A stretch of DNA of 64,000 nt, from positions 186,001-250,000 of IMG/VR virus record IMGVR_UViG_3300032046_000001; one strand, 5' to 3'. Below are positions 38,160 to 48,533 of the stretch, piece after piece. Numbering within the stretch: position 1 is the first letter of the stretch; the number at the start of each line of letters is the position of its first letter. The notes under the pieces are model-generated. The model was not told where the DNA came from and searched no databases. It was given only the letters and a program-made list of their open reading frames with translations. Made by a program: the position numbers and the translations under genes.

Positions 38160-38735
38160 ATGACATCGAAAGATCTTAAACTACTTGCTGGTTACTTAGT
38201 GATGGAGTCTGATTATTCAGACTCCGCTAAGAAACAATTACTAAATTTTATTAAAGAAGCGACTGATTATCAAATTAAAACATTTATTCTTGATGACACA
38301 ATTGAAAAATTGGATGAAGACGCATTTGATATAATTGATAAACGATTTAATGTCATTGAAGAATGTCTTATTCAAGATGATAATGTTGAATTACTCAATG
38401 AAGATATAGAAACGGTTGCTAAAGCTGCTATTGCTACTCTTATCGGTGGTCCTGCTGGATTAGCTGCATATGGCGCATATAAATTATATCAACGATATAT
38501 GACAAAGGCTGGTAGAGAATGTAGAAATGCCATAAATCGTAGAGCTTGTAGAAAGCAGTATAAAATCAATGCTATTAAAATTCTAATTAAGGATCTACAT
38601 AACAGTATGACTAAATGTGGTCAATCAAAGAATCCAGAAAAATGTAAATCAACACTGGAGAAAAGAATAAAACAATTAGAATCTAGATTGGCTGGAACCG
38701 CTCAGTCATCACAACAAAGAGCGAGAAAAGACTAA
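38160..38735 (+). CDS. Putative virion protein, four-Cys C-terminal family
   Basis: MTSKDLKLLAG...YSDSAKKQLLNFI; Gly/Ala hydrophobic segment; C..C..C..C tail. Confidence 0.55.
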   Translation: MTSKDLKLLAGYLVMESDYSDSAKKQLLNFIKEATDYQIKTFILDDTIEKLDEDAFDIIDKRFNVIEECLIQDDNVELLNEDIETVAKAAIATLIGGPAGLAAYGAYKLYQRYMTKAGRECRNAINRRACRKQYKINAIKILIKDLHNSMTKCGQSKNPEKCKSTLEKRIKQLESRLAGTAQSSQQRARKD

Positions 38736-38773
38736 TTTTTTTAAATAAATTATTTTTTTAAAGGAGTGTCATT

Positions 38774-40024
38774 ATGACATCAAAAGATGTAAAATTATTG
38801 GCTGGTAATATTGTACTTGAGTCTGAATATTCAGATTCTGCTAAGAAACAACTTTTAAATTTTATTGCCAATGAAGCAACTGAACATCAAATCAAGACTT
38901 TGATTCTTGACGGAAATATTGAAAATATTGCTGAAGATGCCAAGACCATTGTTGATAAAAGATTTGATCTTGTATCTGAAAGTGCTGTTTCTGAAGTTGT
39001 AGAAGATACCGTTGCTTTCTTATCAATTGGTCGTGATACAATATGTGAATTTATTGAGTCTCAGGGACACAATGGCAATCAGTTGAAAGAAATGAAAAAT
39101 TTTATAATGAATGAAGCTAGTGATTATCAGATTTTGTCAGTTCTTACTGATGATATTTTACCTGATGAAACTTCTAATCCAGTTGCTGAAGCTATGTTGT
39201 TTGAAGGTTTAAATATGGCAACTGGAACTAATTTTGTAGCTCTTTCAGAATATGGTATTTCTTCTATTCTTAATGAACAAGGTGGACACACGCCTATGAA
39301 TCCAAGATTGATCGGTATTTATAAGAAAATCGATTCAACAATGGATGAACTTAAGAGATGGACTGGTAAGAGTGTCAAAGGTCCAAAAGCTGCTGAACAT
39401 GTTAAAGACCTTAAAGATGAATTAAATTATCTTAAAGGAGAAGCGGGTAAAATTCGTGGTGCTGTAGCTCATGCTGCTGGTGCTGTTACTCCTGGTGCTA
39501 TGGCTGCTAAAGTTAGTGGTATTAAAAAACCTGAAAGAATTAGTGCTGGTGGTATGGCCAAGGCTGGTTATGAAAAAGGCAAAGAACTTGCTGGTAAAGC
39601 TGTATCTAAAGGAAAAGAAATAGCTGGTGTTGCGGCGGTCAAAGGTAAGGAAATTGCTGGTGCAGCAAAAGAAAAAATTTCTGGTTCTTTAAAAGGTCTT
39701 CCAAGTGCTGCTACTATCGGCGGAAAAATTTCTGCTGCTGCTACATCTCCTGCTGGAATGGCCGTTGGTGGTTTGGCTGCTGCTGCTCTGCTTGGTTATG
39801 GTGCTTATAAGATTTATAAAAACTATTTTAGTGCTGCTGCTAAAAAGTGTGCTGGTTCTCCCGATAAAGCCGCTTGTATGAAAGCTGCCAGATCTGGTGC
39901 TGTAAAAGCTCAAATTGCCGATCTTAGTAAAGGTGCTTCTGCTTGTTCGAAAGCTAAAGATCCTGCTAAGTGTAAAGCTGCTGTACAAAATAAAATCGCC
40001 AAGTTGAGATCAAAAATGGCGTAA
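38774..40024 (+). CDS. Putative virion protein, four-Cys family, with Ala/Gly/Lys repeats
   Basis: Duplicated N-domain, KGKE(L/I)AG repeats, GMAVGGLAAAALLGYGAY, four-Cys tail. Confidence 0.55.
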   Translation: MTSKDVKLLAGNIVLESEYSDSAKKQLLNFIANEATEHQIKTLILDGNIENIAEDAKTIVDKRFDLVSESAVSEVVEDTVAFLSIGRDTICEFIESQGHNGNQLKEMKNFIMNEASDYQILSVLTDDILPDETSNPVAEAMLFEGLNMATGTNFVALSEYGISSILNEQGGHTPMNPRLIGIYKKIDSTMDELKRWTGKSVKGPKAAEHVKDLKDELNYLKGEAGKIRGAVAHAAGAVTPGAMAAKVSGIKKPERISAGGMAKAGYEKGKELAGKAVSKGKEIAGVAAVKGKEIAGAAKEKISGSLKGLPSAATIGGKISAAATSPAGMAVGGLAAAALLGYGAYKIYKNYFSAAAKKCAGSPDKAACMKAARSGAVKAQIADLSKGASACSKAKDPAKCKAAVQNKIAKLRSKMA

Positions 40025-40032
40025 TTTAATTA

Positions 40033-40072
40033 TAATAGGTGGAATATAAAAATATTCCACCTATTATTTTTT
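40033..40072 (+). terminator. Intrinsic terminator
   Basis: TAATAGGTGGAATAT-aaaa-ATATTCCACCTATTA 15-bp stem followed by T6. Confidence 0.8.
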
Positions 40073-40140
40073 AAGGAAATTTATAAATTAGAGTTAAAAA
40101 TGTGAAAAAGTTTTGAATCAAAAAATAAATAAAAGGAGAA

Positions 40141-40920
40141 ATGATGTTTAAAGGATTTTCAATACAGTATCCATCATATGAAGTAATCACACCTCAAACA
40201 AAACAATCATTTTGTGTACAAACTCTCAACGTAATGAAGGAAGAACGTCTCAAGGGTTCTCTCGTAACACCTGTACAAGTTACTGATCACCTCAATACAA
40301 TTATTTGGGAATCAATTGTCAAGAAACCAGAAAATATTAAAACATTCGATGATTTCTTAAAACAAACCACGGTAAAAGATCGTGATGCCATTTTATATGG
40401 ATTATATCACATAACATATGAGGAAGTTCGCAATTATAATGTGAACTGTATTTCTTGTGGTAAAGATTTTCAAATCACAGTAGCTGCAAGTTCAACATTC
40501 GATTTTAATGGTTATCCAGATGATAATATTTTATCCGCTAAGATTAAAGTACCTCTTCCAAAATCACCATCTGTGTACGCGATTTTAAGACAACCTACTT
40601 TGTTTGATGAAATTAATTCTTTAAAAAATATATCGGCAAAAATTGATTTAATTACCATAACTCTTCCAATTGAACAGTTTGTTCAAGAAAAAGATGGAAT
40701 GGAACCTATTATATATAAAGAACGTGGTGATGTTCTTGATGCGTATCTTTCACTTCCTCCTCTTGATAAAAGAGCAATTTATAATCAATATTATGAAAAT
40801 TTTGGAAAATATTGTATTACCTTGAAATGTAAAACCTATTGTCCAAAATGTGGGAATGAAGAGGTGATAGACATCGATCTTGTCGATCAGTTTTTTAGGA
40901 TGGTATACACAATCAGATAA
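40141..40920 (+). CDS. Baseplate hub assembly protein (T4 gp26-like)
   Basis: YEVITP, KEEERL, DRDAILYGL, CISC and CPKC zinc motifs, terminal DQFF. Confidence 0.65.
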   Translation: MMFKGFSIQYPSYEVITPQTKQSFCVQTLNVMKEERLKGSLVTPVQVTDHLNTIIWESIVKKPENIKTFDDFLKQTTVKDRDAILYGLYHITYEEVRNYNVNCISCGKDFQITVAASSTFDFNGYPDDNILSAKIKVPLPKSPSVYAILRQPTLFDEINSLKNISAKIDLITITLPIEQFVQEKDGMEPIIYKERGDVLDAYLSLPPLDKRAIYNQYYENFGKYCITLKCKTYCPKCGNEEVIDIDLVDQFFRMVYTIR

Positions 40921-40921
40921 C

Positions 40922-41107
40922 ATGGAAAAATATAAAAAAAATTTACAACAAAATATTTTTCTTTGTATGGATATGATGAATATCGGATATTTAGATGTTA
41001 TGTTAATGCCAGTTAAAAGATTTTATGATTTGATTAAGTGGAAAATTGAAATAGAAGAAGAAAAAATAAAACAAATGGAAAAAATAAACACTGGTTCTAA
41101 AAGGTAA
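40922..41107 (+). CDS. Small baseplate/tail assembly chaperone-like protein
   Basis: Directly follows the gp26-like gene; DVMLMPVKRF..LIKW motif. Confidence 0.5.
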   Translation: MEKYKKNLQQNIFLCMDMMNIGYLDVMLMPVKRFYDLIKWKIEIEEEKIKQMEKINTGSKR

Positions 41108-41144
41108 CTAAACAACGATCTCATGTTAATTAAAGGAGAATAAA

Positions 41145-41573
41145 ATGAACCTTCTTGATCGCTTCAATCAACAGATTGTTGGTTCACAAAAAAAATTATT
41201 TGATTATATATCAATAATATCACCGTCTGGAGATTTTTCTAAGATTCAAGATATTGAAGTGATATTATCTTCTTGGAATAATATTTTATTAACCCCAACT
41301 GGAACATTTCCTTTTGATAAAGATTTTGGATCAAATCTAATGAATTTTATTTTCGAACCAGCAGATACTGGTACTGCTGAAATGATTAAAAGTGAAATTA
41401 GATCGAAGTTGAATAAGTATGATGATAGAGCTTCAATAACCAATATTCAAATAAATTTTTTAAACAATCAAAAAGGTTTTAACGTTGATATAGAAGTCAG
41501 TTATAATGGTGAAAAAGCTCTATTATCTGCTACAATTAGTGAATCATTATATTTTCAATTTCTCCGACAATAG
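41145..41573 (+). CDS. Baseplate wedge protein (T4 gp25/GPW-like)
   Basis: NNILLTPTGTFPFDKDFGSNL..FIFEP...I...L..YD.R. Confidence 0.85.
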   Translation: MNLLDRFNQQIVGSQKKLFDYISIISPSGDFSKIQDIEVILSSWNNILLTPTGTFPFDKDFGSNLMNFIFEPADTGTAEMIKSEIRSKLNKYDDRASITNIQINFLNNQKGFNVDIEVSYNGEKALLSATISESLYFQFLRQ

Positions 41574-41581
41574 GTGATAGT

Positions 41582-41890
41582 ATGGCTGAAGACGTAACAA
41601 AAAAATTAATAACACAATTATATAAAAAGATGGAAGCGGATGCATCTAACTCATGTAAAGCCAGAAGTAAAGATGAGATAGAACACAAAATTTGTTTTTA
41701 TCAAAAAATGTCAAATAATGCCAGAAATTTAATTTCCAAATTGAATGGACAAATGGGCGCATGTATTGGTTCAAAGAATCCTCTTTCTTGTAGAAAAAGA
41801 TTACAATCAATAATTGATTATTTAAGAACTAAAGAAGATAAATTCGATACAAACATCCAACAATTAAAAAATTTACAGTCTGAGGTATAA
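41582..41890 (+). CDS. Four-Cys domain-only family member
   Basis: C...C...CIGSKNPLSC pattern matches the C-termini of 38160, 38774 and 41896. Confidence 0.5.
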   Translation: MAEDVTKKLITQLYKKMEADASNSCKARSKDEIEHKICFYQKMSNNARNLISKLNGQMGACIGSKNPLSCRKRLQSIIDYLRTKEDKFDTNIQQLKNLQSEV

Positions 41891-41895
41891 GGTTA

Positions 41896-42375
41896 ATGAC
41901 AAAAAAAGAACTTAAAATATTTGTTGGAAAAATAGTATTATTATCTGAATATTCAGATTGTGCTAAAATAAATCTTTTAAAACTTATAATAGAATCTGAT
42001 ATTAATCAAATCAAAAATATAGCACTTGAAACTATTGATCATATTGATGAGAGTAATTTTATTGGTGTTGGAAGTAATATACTTTCTATGGCACAACAAA
42101 ATCCTGTTACTACATACTACTTAGTAACATCAATGATTGATATTGCTCATAAATTATATAAAAATATTTTTAGTCAATCTGCACAAGCATGTGTTGATGC
42201 GACTAATAAAGAAGAATGTATTAAAAAATATAAAATAAAAGCTCTTCAAGCCCAATTAAAAAAATTGACTGATGATATCCATTTATGTAAAAATGTCAAA
42301 GATCCAAATAAATGTTTTTATACAATCCAGAAAAAAATAAATAAATTAAAGTTCAAATTAAGGAAACTTAAATAA
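41896..42375 (+). CDS. Putative virion protein, four-Cys family
   Basis: MTKKELKIFVG...EYSDCAKINLL; CKNVKDPNKC. Confidence 0.55.
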   Translation: MTKKELKIFVGKIVLLSEYSDCAKINLLKLIIESDINQIKNIALETIDHIDESNFIGVGSNILSMAQQNPVTTYYLVTSMIDIAHKLYKNIFSQSAQACVDATNKEECIKKYKIKALQAQLKKLTDDIHLCKNVKDPNKCFYTIQKKINKLKFKLRKLK

Positions 42376-42377
42376 TT

Positions 42378-43031
42378 ATGTCAAACTTCCAATACTATAA
42401 TAGAATTTATGATTATGTACGTGATTATCAAAGACTTGTATATGATAAATATTCAAAACATGGTGTGGCGTTTCCTGTAACTTACTATAATATAAATAAA
42501 AATAAAACAGTATGGGAAGATGAAAAAATATTTGGTGGAGCATATGAAAGAACTGGAGATTTATCTGGTATAAAATGGGATAAATATTTATTGCTACCAG
42601 TTTATTTTAATGAAGATGTAACAACAATTTTTGACGGTTCAGAAATTGGTTATATTAAGGAAGGTATAGGAACAATAACGATTCCTAGTTCATATGGTAT
42701 TTTACCATATCCTGGAGATATAATAAAATTTGAACAAAGTTTTTTACAACCGACGAATGACGTTTTTCCAATATATATAGTCACTGGTGTTGAAACAGCC
42801 ACAAATTGTGAACTAACCTTTTGGAAATTAACCATTAATGTTTATCGATCAAGAACAATTAGTGATGTAGAAGAACAATTATCCGATAGTTATGTCTTTT
42901 TTGATTATACCAAAAAAATATATACGGTTCCCCAATCAACTTTCTTAACCAGGATGTTGATAAAAAATGAAGAAATTAAAAGTAGACTAAATAATATTTT
43001 TGACCAAAACAGCGGGTTCTACTTGTTATAG
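42378..43031 (+). CDS. Conserved-looking morphogenesis protein (possibly neck/tail completion)
   Basis: Context only; PYPGDII motif. Confidence 0.35.
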   Translation: MSNFQYYNRIYDYVRDYQRLVYDKYSKHGVAFPVTYYNINKNKTVWEDEKIFGGAYERTGDLSGIKWDKYLLLPVYFNEDVTTIFDGSEIGYIKEGIGTITIPSSYGILPYPGDIIKFEQSFLQPTNDVFPIYIVTGVETATNCELTFWKLTINVYRSRTISDVEEQLSDSYVFFDYTKKIYTVPQSTFLTRMLIKNEEIKSRLNNIFDQNSGFYLL

Positions 43032-43040
43032 GATTTAATA

Positions 43041-43865
43041 ATGAATAATTTTTATATTTATGTTTATTTAGATTCCAGAAAGCCTGGAAAACATTGTTAT
43101 GATAATATCTGTTTTTTATATGAACCAATTTATATTGGAAAAGGAAAAAATGATAGATGGAAAGTTATTAATGGAAGAACTCCAATTTTTATTAATAAAT
43201 TTAATAAAATTAAAAAATATGGGTTAAAACCAATTGTTATAAAGTTATATGAAAATTTAAATGAAAATTTATCTCTTGAACTAGAAAAAAAATTAATTAT
43301 TGAAATTGATAAAATAAATCCTGGAATTCTTATTAATATGACCAGTGGTGGTGAAGGAACGAGCGGGTATATACACACAGATGAAACAAAAAAAAGATTA
43401 TCAGAGATAAGGAAAAATAAACAAATATCATTAGGTCAAAATAATCCAATGTTTGATATTCATCGTTTTGGGAATAATGCACCACATTTTGGAAAAAAAC
43501 ATTCAGAAGAATCAAAAATTAAAATAAGTGAAAATAGAAAAGGAAAAAATACTGGAAAAGATAATCATAATTTTGGAAAACATCTTCCTAAAGAAACAAG
43601 AAATAAAATTAGTGAAAAACATAAAGGAAAATATATTTCACAAGAAACAAAAGTAAAACTATGTGAAAAACGTAAAAATAAAAAAGGAAATAATAGTCCA
43701 AACCATAAACTAACAGAACAACAAGTTATCCAAATAAAAATATTATTAAAAGAAGGAAATTTAACTCAACAAGAAATTGCCGATATGTTTGGAGTTAGTT
43801 CTATAACAATTTCAAAAATAAAAACAGGAAAAATTTGGTCGCATATTAAATTGGGAGAAAATTAA
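43041..43865 (+). CDS. GIY-YIG-like homing endonuclease with NUMOD3 repeats and HTH
   Basis: YIYVYLDSRK...YIGKGK; FGKKHSEESK repeats; LTQQEIADMFGV. Confidence 0.8.
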   Translation: MNNFYIYVYLDSRKPGKHCYDNICFLYEPIYIGKGKNDRWKVINGRTPIFINKFNKIKKYGLKPIVIKLYENLNENLSLELEKKLIIEIDKINPGILINMTSGGEGTSGYIHTDETKKRLSEIRKNKQISLGQNNPMFDIHRFGNNAPHFGKKHSEESKIKISENRKGKNTGKDNHNFGKHLPKETRNKISEKHKGKYISQETKVKLCEKRKNKKGNNSPNHKLTEQQVIQIKILLKEGNLTQQEIADMFGVSSITISKIKTGKIWSHIKLGEN

Positions 43866-46366
43866 TGGCAAATACACAAACATCATTATCATCTCAAATA
43901 TATTCAAGTAGAGATCAAATTCGTAATCAGATAATTGATTATGCTAGAACATATCTGGAACTTGAAAATATAAGTCTCGTAAAGGGTAGTTTTCTTAGTT
44001 TTCTTGTTGAAACTCTAAGTACTCTCACAAGTAATTTAATTTTTTATGAAAGTTCGGTTTATAAAGAATTTTTCCTCACTAAAGCTCAAATTCCCGAAAG
44101 CGTTTTCAATTTATCGGCTTTTTTGGGATACAATACTGTTGAAGCATCATACGCTACAGCCAATGTGATGATGACTATTCCACTTGATTTTAATAATAGT
44201 CCAATTACAATTAATATACCAGAAGGTTTTCAATTTCATGCGAAAACTGTTCCATTTACAACCTATTATAATACTGATATTGTCATTACCAACAACAATC
44301 AAGTTTCAATAACTGTGACCGAAGATAATAAAATAGTAAATATTCCATATATTATTGACACAACAGCTAACAATAATTTCATGTTTGTATTACCAGTTAG
44401 ACAATACGAAACTGTAACACAACAATTTCAAATAGATGAGGATCTTCAAACTTTTCAGTTTTCATATGTTGATGTGCCATTAACAGGAAAAGTATCAACA
44501 ATGACTGTTAGTGTGACAGATCCAGATGGGATAGCATCAACTTTATATACTGAGTATAATAGTCTATATTTGATGTCTGCTGATGACTATGGTTATGTTT
44601 CTCGTAGAACTGATTTTGGTAGAAGAATATATTTTGGTAATGGTTTAATCGGTGTTCAACCAACTCCTGGATCTACAGTTACAGTGGCTGTTCAACAAAC
44701 TTTAGGTTTAAATGGTAATGTTATTGGTGGTTCGATTGCCACTGGGGATAATTTATATACCTTAGATGGTACAATCAATAAAAATATAAGTTATACTATA
44801 ATAAATCCAGTTGCCGCAACTGGTGGTGAAGATGAAGAATCAGTAGAAGAAATTAGAAAAAATTCTATTGATAATTTAACATCATTACATAGACTTGTAT
44901 CTCAAAATGATTATGTCAATGCTAATATTGTAATGCCAGATTCGCCTATTACAGCCAATTCTCTCCCAGTTTTAAAACGTTCAGATCTTAGAGTTAATGA
45001 AATTCAATTATATACAAATTTAATATTTGGAACTAGTTCTGAAGAAACTGATAATTTAGTTCCAACTAGAAACGCTTATCATTCTTATCCTTCAGGAACC
45101 ACATATGTTCCACGTTTAAGTACTGTTAGTGTTGATGATACAGATTATTATACTATGTTTGATATGAGAATTGATTCAATATATAATAGTGCGGCATATT
45201 ATACCTATATTATGAATGAGATTTCTCAAACACCTACTTTGGTAAGAAGTTTTCTATTATCAACACCATATATTTTGACAGCAAATAATCTTGTCGTTTC
45301 AAAAACTGGTTCGTCGGCTGTTTTTGAATTAAGTTATAATTCAACCGAAGTTGATTATGATATGGCTGAATGTACTATGCAGATATTATCTACTGGATCA
45401 ACTTATACAATGACGAATGATTATTTAAATAAAAAATTTACTTATACATTCACAAATTATACTGATGTTCCAGAAGATGAACAAACATTCTATTTTACTT
45501 TGATAAATCCCTCAAGTCAGAGTATCTCTATATATTCAAATGTTTTCACATATAGAAAACCATTAGATTCGTTCATGTTAAGTAATCTTTCAACAGATGG
45601 TACAAGTATTGTAGTTTATGACATTCCGGTCATTCAACAATCTTATTATGATTCCATAAATCAAGATACATTTGAATTACAGGTTTTACAATCTATATTA
45701 ACCAATATGAATTTTATTAATTATAGGATGTTGACAGACTTTGTTAATCTTAAATTTGGTAATACAATTGGAAAATCAAGAGCAATGTTATTAAATAGTA
45801 CTACTAAATTACCAGTTATTGATATATCATCATTACCAATTAATCCAAGTTTAGGTGACAGATATATTGTGGCCGAGTGTGATACAGTGAACGAAACTTA
45901 TAAAAATCAGATTGCACAATGTATCACAGATACTACTAATGTAACTTGGGTTTATACAATACCAGTTTCAAATGATATAATATATGTTATGAATAAAGAT
46001 AAAAAATATTTATATACAGGTAAAGACTGGTTTAGTCCTGTTTGTGATATTCCTCTTGTAGTATCGTTGGAAGTATTTAAAGATGATCTTTATTCGGGTT
46101 CAGAAATAGATTTAACTAATTCAATACGATCTGGTTTGATAACTGAATTTGGTTCTAGATTTGGTTTAAACTGTCAAATTTACAGATCTGAAATTATTAA
46201 ATATGTGCAAGGAATAGACGGGGTTGCTTATTGTACATTAATTGAACCCAAATCAGATATATTTTTTAATTTTGACTTAGAAGATTTAACTCAAGATGAA
46301 TTACTTAAATATGGACCAGAATTCATATATTTCGATCAGAATTCAATTTCTATAATGATTTTATAA
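43865..46366 (+). CDS. Baseplate wedge subunit (T4 gp6 / baseplate J-like)
   Basis: EFFLTKAQ..SV..L...LGY; ATGGEDEESVEEIRKNS...RLVSQNDY. Confidence 0.85.
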   Translation: MANTQTSLSSQIYSSRDQIRNQIIDYARTYLELENISLVKGSFLSFLVETLSTLTSNLIFYESSVYKEFFLTKAQIPESVFNLSAFLGYNTVEASYATANVMMTIPLDFNNSPITINIPEGFQFHAKTVPFTTYYNTDIVITNNNQVSITVTEDNKIVNIPYIIDTTANNNFMFVLPVRQYETVTQQFQIDEDLQTFQFSYVDVPLTGKVSTMTVSVTDPDGIASTLYTEYNSLYLMSADDYGYVSRRTDFGRRIYFGNGLIGVQPTPGSTVTVAVQQTLGLNGNVIGGSIATGDNLYTLDGTINKNISYTIINPVAATGGEDEESVEEIRKNSIDNLTSLHRLVSQNDYVNANIVMPDSPITANSLPVLKRSDLRVNEIQLYTNLIFGTSSEETDNLVPTRNAYHSYPSGTTYVPRLSTVSVDDTDYYTMFDMRIDSIYNSAAYYTYIMNEISQTPTLVRSFLLSTPYILTANNLVVSKTGSSAVFELSYNSTEVDYDMAECTMQILSTGSTYTMTNDYLNKKFTYTFTNYTDVPEDEQTFYFTLINPSSQSISIYSNVFTYRKPLDSFMLSNLSTDGTSIVVYDIPVIQQSYYDSINQDTFELQVLQSILTNMNFINYRMLTDFVNLKFGNTIGKSRAMLLNSTTKLPVIDISSLPINPSLGDRYIVAECDTVNETYKNQIAQCITDTTNVTWVYTIPVSNDIIYVMNKDKKYLYTGKDWFSPVCDIPLVVSLEVFKDDLYSGSEIDLTNSIRSGLITEFGSRFGLNCQIYRSEIIKYVQGIDGVAYCTLIEPKSDIFFNFDLEDLTQDELLKYGPEFIYFDQNSISIMIL

Positions 46367-46396
46367 TAACTATGTTAACAAAAATAATAAAGGAGA

Positions 46397-47383
46397 TTGA
46401 ATTTGAATAATTATTATATTTATATTTATTTAGATCCTCGTAAATCAGGAAAATATTTATATGGAGAGTATGAATTTGAATACAAACCATTTTATATTGG
46501 TAAAGGTAAAAATAGAAGATATTTGGATAAATGTGGAAGAAATCCAATTTTTAAAAATAAAATAAATAAAATCAAAAAATCTGAATTAGAACCGATAATT
46601 ATAAAATTATATGAAAATTTGAATGAAAAAGAATCATTTGAAAAAGAAATTGAATTAATAGAAAAATTTGGAAGAATCGAATTAGGAACTGGTCCATTGG
46701 TTAATATGACGATTGGTGGTGACGGTAAAAGTGGAAATATTGTTTCTGAAGAAACAAAAAAGAAAATAAGAAAAGATTTTTCTGATATTAAAAAAGAATT
46801 CGAAAGAAGAAATTATATTTTATTATCAGAAGAAAAAGACTATAAAAATGCATTTACAAAATTAAAATATATTTGTAATGAAGGACATGAATGTTTTATT
46901 AGTTGGAGTAATTTTCAACGAGGATGTGGTTGTTCTGTTTGTGATAATGAAAAACAAAAAAAAATTTTTTATGATATAAAACAGGAATTTGAAAGAAGAA
47001 AATATAAATTATTAACGGAAGAAAAAGATTATAAAGATAACGATACAAAATTAAAATATATTTGTCCGAAAGGACACGAAGGTTATATTAGTTGGAATAG
47101 TTTTCAACAAGGACGAGGTTGTCCAATTGAAGGTAAAAAATCTGGTTCTAAAAAACTAAGAAAAAATTTTCAAGAAATTAAAAAAGAATTTGAAAGAAGA
47201 AATTATATTTTATTAACAGAAGAAAAAGATTATGAAAATATTTATACAAAATTAAATTATATTTGTCCAAAAGGACATGAAGGTTCTATTTGTTGGAATA
47301 ATTTTCAACAAGGAAGATGTTGCCCTATTTGTGGAAAAAAACATTTAAAACATATTAATATTAAATTAGGAGAAACAACATGA
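46397..47383 (+). CDS. GIY-YIG-like homing endonuclease with three ICxKGH repeats
   Basis: YIYIYLDPRK...YIGKGK; KLKYICPKGHEG.I.W..FQQG repeats. Confidence 0.8.
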   Translation: MNLNNYYIYIYLDPRKSGKYLYGEYEFEYKPFYIGKGKNRRYLDKCGRNPIFKNKINKIKKSELEPIIIKLYENLNEKESFEKEIELIEKFGRIELGTGPLVNMTIGGDGKSGNIVSEETKKKIRKDFSDIKKEFERRNYILLSEEKDYKNAFTKLKYICNEGHECFISWSNFQRGCGCSVCDNEKQKKIFYDIKQEFERRKYKLLTEEKDYKDNDTKLKYICPKGHEGYISWNSFQQGRGCPIEGKKSGSKKLRKNFQEIKKEFERRNYILLTEEKDYENIYTKLNYICPKGHEGSICWNNFQQGRCCPICGKKHLKHINIKLGETT

Positions 47384-48507
47384 AATTATTATTGGATAAA
47401 TCAAAAGTTAATGGTGTTGTTCTCAAAAAATTTTTATTAAAAATTGTATCAGAAGAATTATTAAATTTAAGTGAACCATGTTATTATCCAGCTATCAAGA
47501 AATATTATTATAATTTATTAAATTTCACTGGACAAACAGAAAGCAGTTCAAAAGAACTTACAAAGAATTTTTATGAGCAAGTTAAATTAGAGAAATCAAC
47601 TTATTTAATGAGAATTCACGATGACCCAATTACCAATCTTATTGTTTTTATAATGAATTATTTTTTAATAGAAGAAGATATTATGGGTTATTCAACAGCT
47701 ACTGTATATTTTGTAATTCGTACATATGCCAATCTTCTACATCGCCAAATAAGATTTTGTGATCCCAACGCATTTCGCTATGCAATGGAACACTTAGCGA
47801 AAACTCATTTATTTATTAGAGAACGAACATTACCCAATTCATTATATTTTATGGCTAAAGAAATAATGAAAAAATATTCTGAGGGTATTGCTGATGGTAA
47901 TCCAGTTGAAATTGCAAAAATGATTACTGAAACAAGAACAAGAATTCAACAAAGTCTTAGAAGTTTTGCAGAGATATACTATAAATCAAAAGAGTCTAAT
48001 GCGGTTATTAAAAATCCATATGAATCAGAAAATGATACTGAGGATAAAAAGTATCAAGAACAATCTCAAGATCGATTTGACAGGGTTGTTGATGTTATTT
48101 CAAAAAAAATAACAGTATATAAATTTGTAGATAAAAAGGCAATTATTGATGCTAAAACTATAACTAAAATAAATATTTCATTAGCAACTTTATTGTCTAA
48201 TACTTTGACTGATGTTCGATATCTTGATAATGTCAAATTAATTTTAAAATTATTTATAAAAGATATGACAAGTGTTAAAACTATTTGTGGTAAAGAATAT
48301 ATAAATTATTTAAGAAATCTCATGTCAATTAAAAGAACAACATCAGTTATTTATTTTAAACAACAGATTGCCGAGATCGTTGAAAAAATAATTGATGATA
48401 TTAATTACAGAGAAAAATATGACAATCTATCTAATCAGTCAAAATTTATGATAAATCTTTATATTGCCCTATATTTAACAATGATCTTAAAAAATACTCT
48501 ATGTTAA
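47380..48507 (+). CDS. Hypothetical protein (helical)
   Basis: Long intact ORF; no motif recognised. Confidence 0.6.
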   Translation: MKLLLDKSKVNGVVLKKFLLKIVSEELLNLSEPCYYPAIKKYYYNLLNFTGQTESSSKELTKNFYEQVKLEKSTYLMRIHDDPITNLIVFIMNYFLIEEDIMGYSTATVYFVIRTYANLLHRQIRFCDPNAFRYAMEHLAKTHLFIRERTLPNSLYFMAKEIMKKYSEGIADGNPVEIAKMITETRTRIQQSLRSFAEIYYKSKESNAVIKNPYESENDTEDKKYQEQSQDRFDRVVDVISKKITVYKFVDKKAIIDAKTITKINISLATLLSNTLTDVRYLDNVKLILKLFIKDMTSVKTICGKEYINYLRNLMSIKRTTSVIYFKQQIAEIVEKIIDDINYREKYDNLSNQSKFMINLYIALYLTMILKNTLC

Positions 48508-48533
48508 ACTTATGTTACCAGTTTTTCTTTTTT

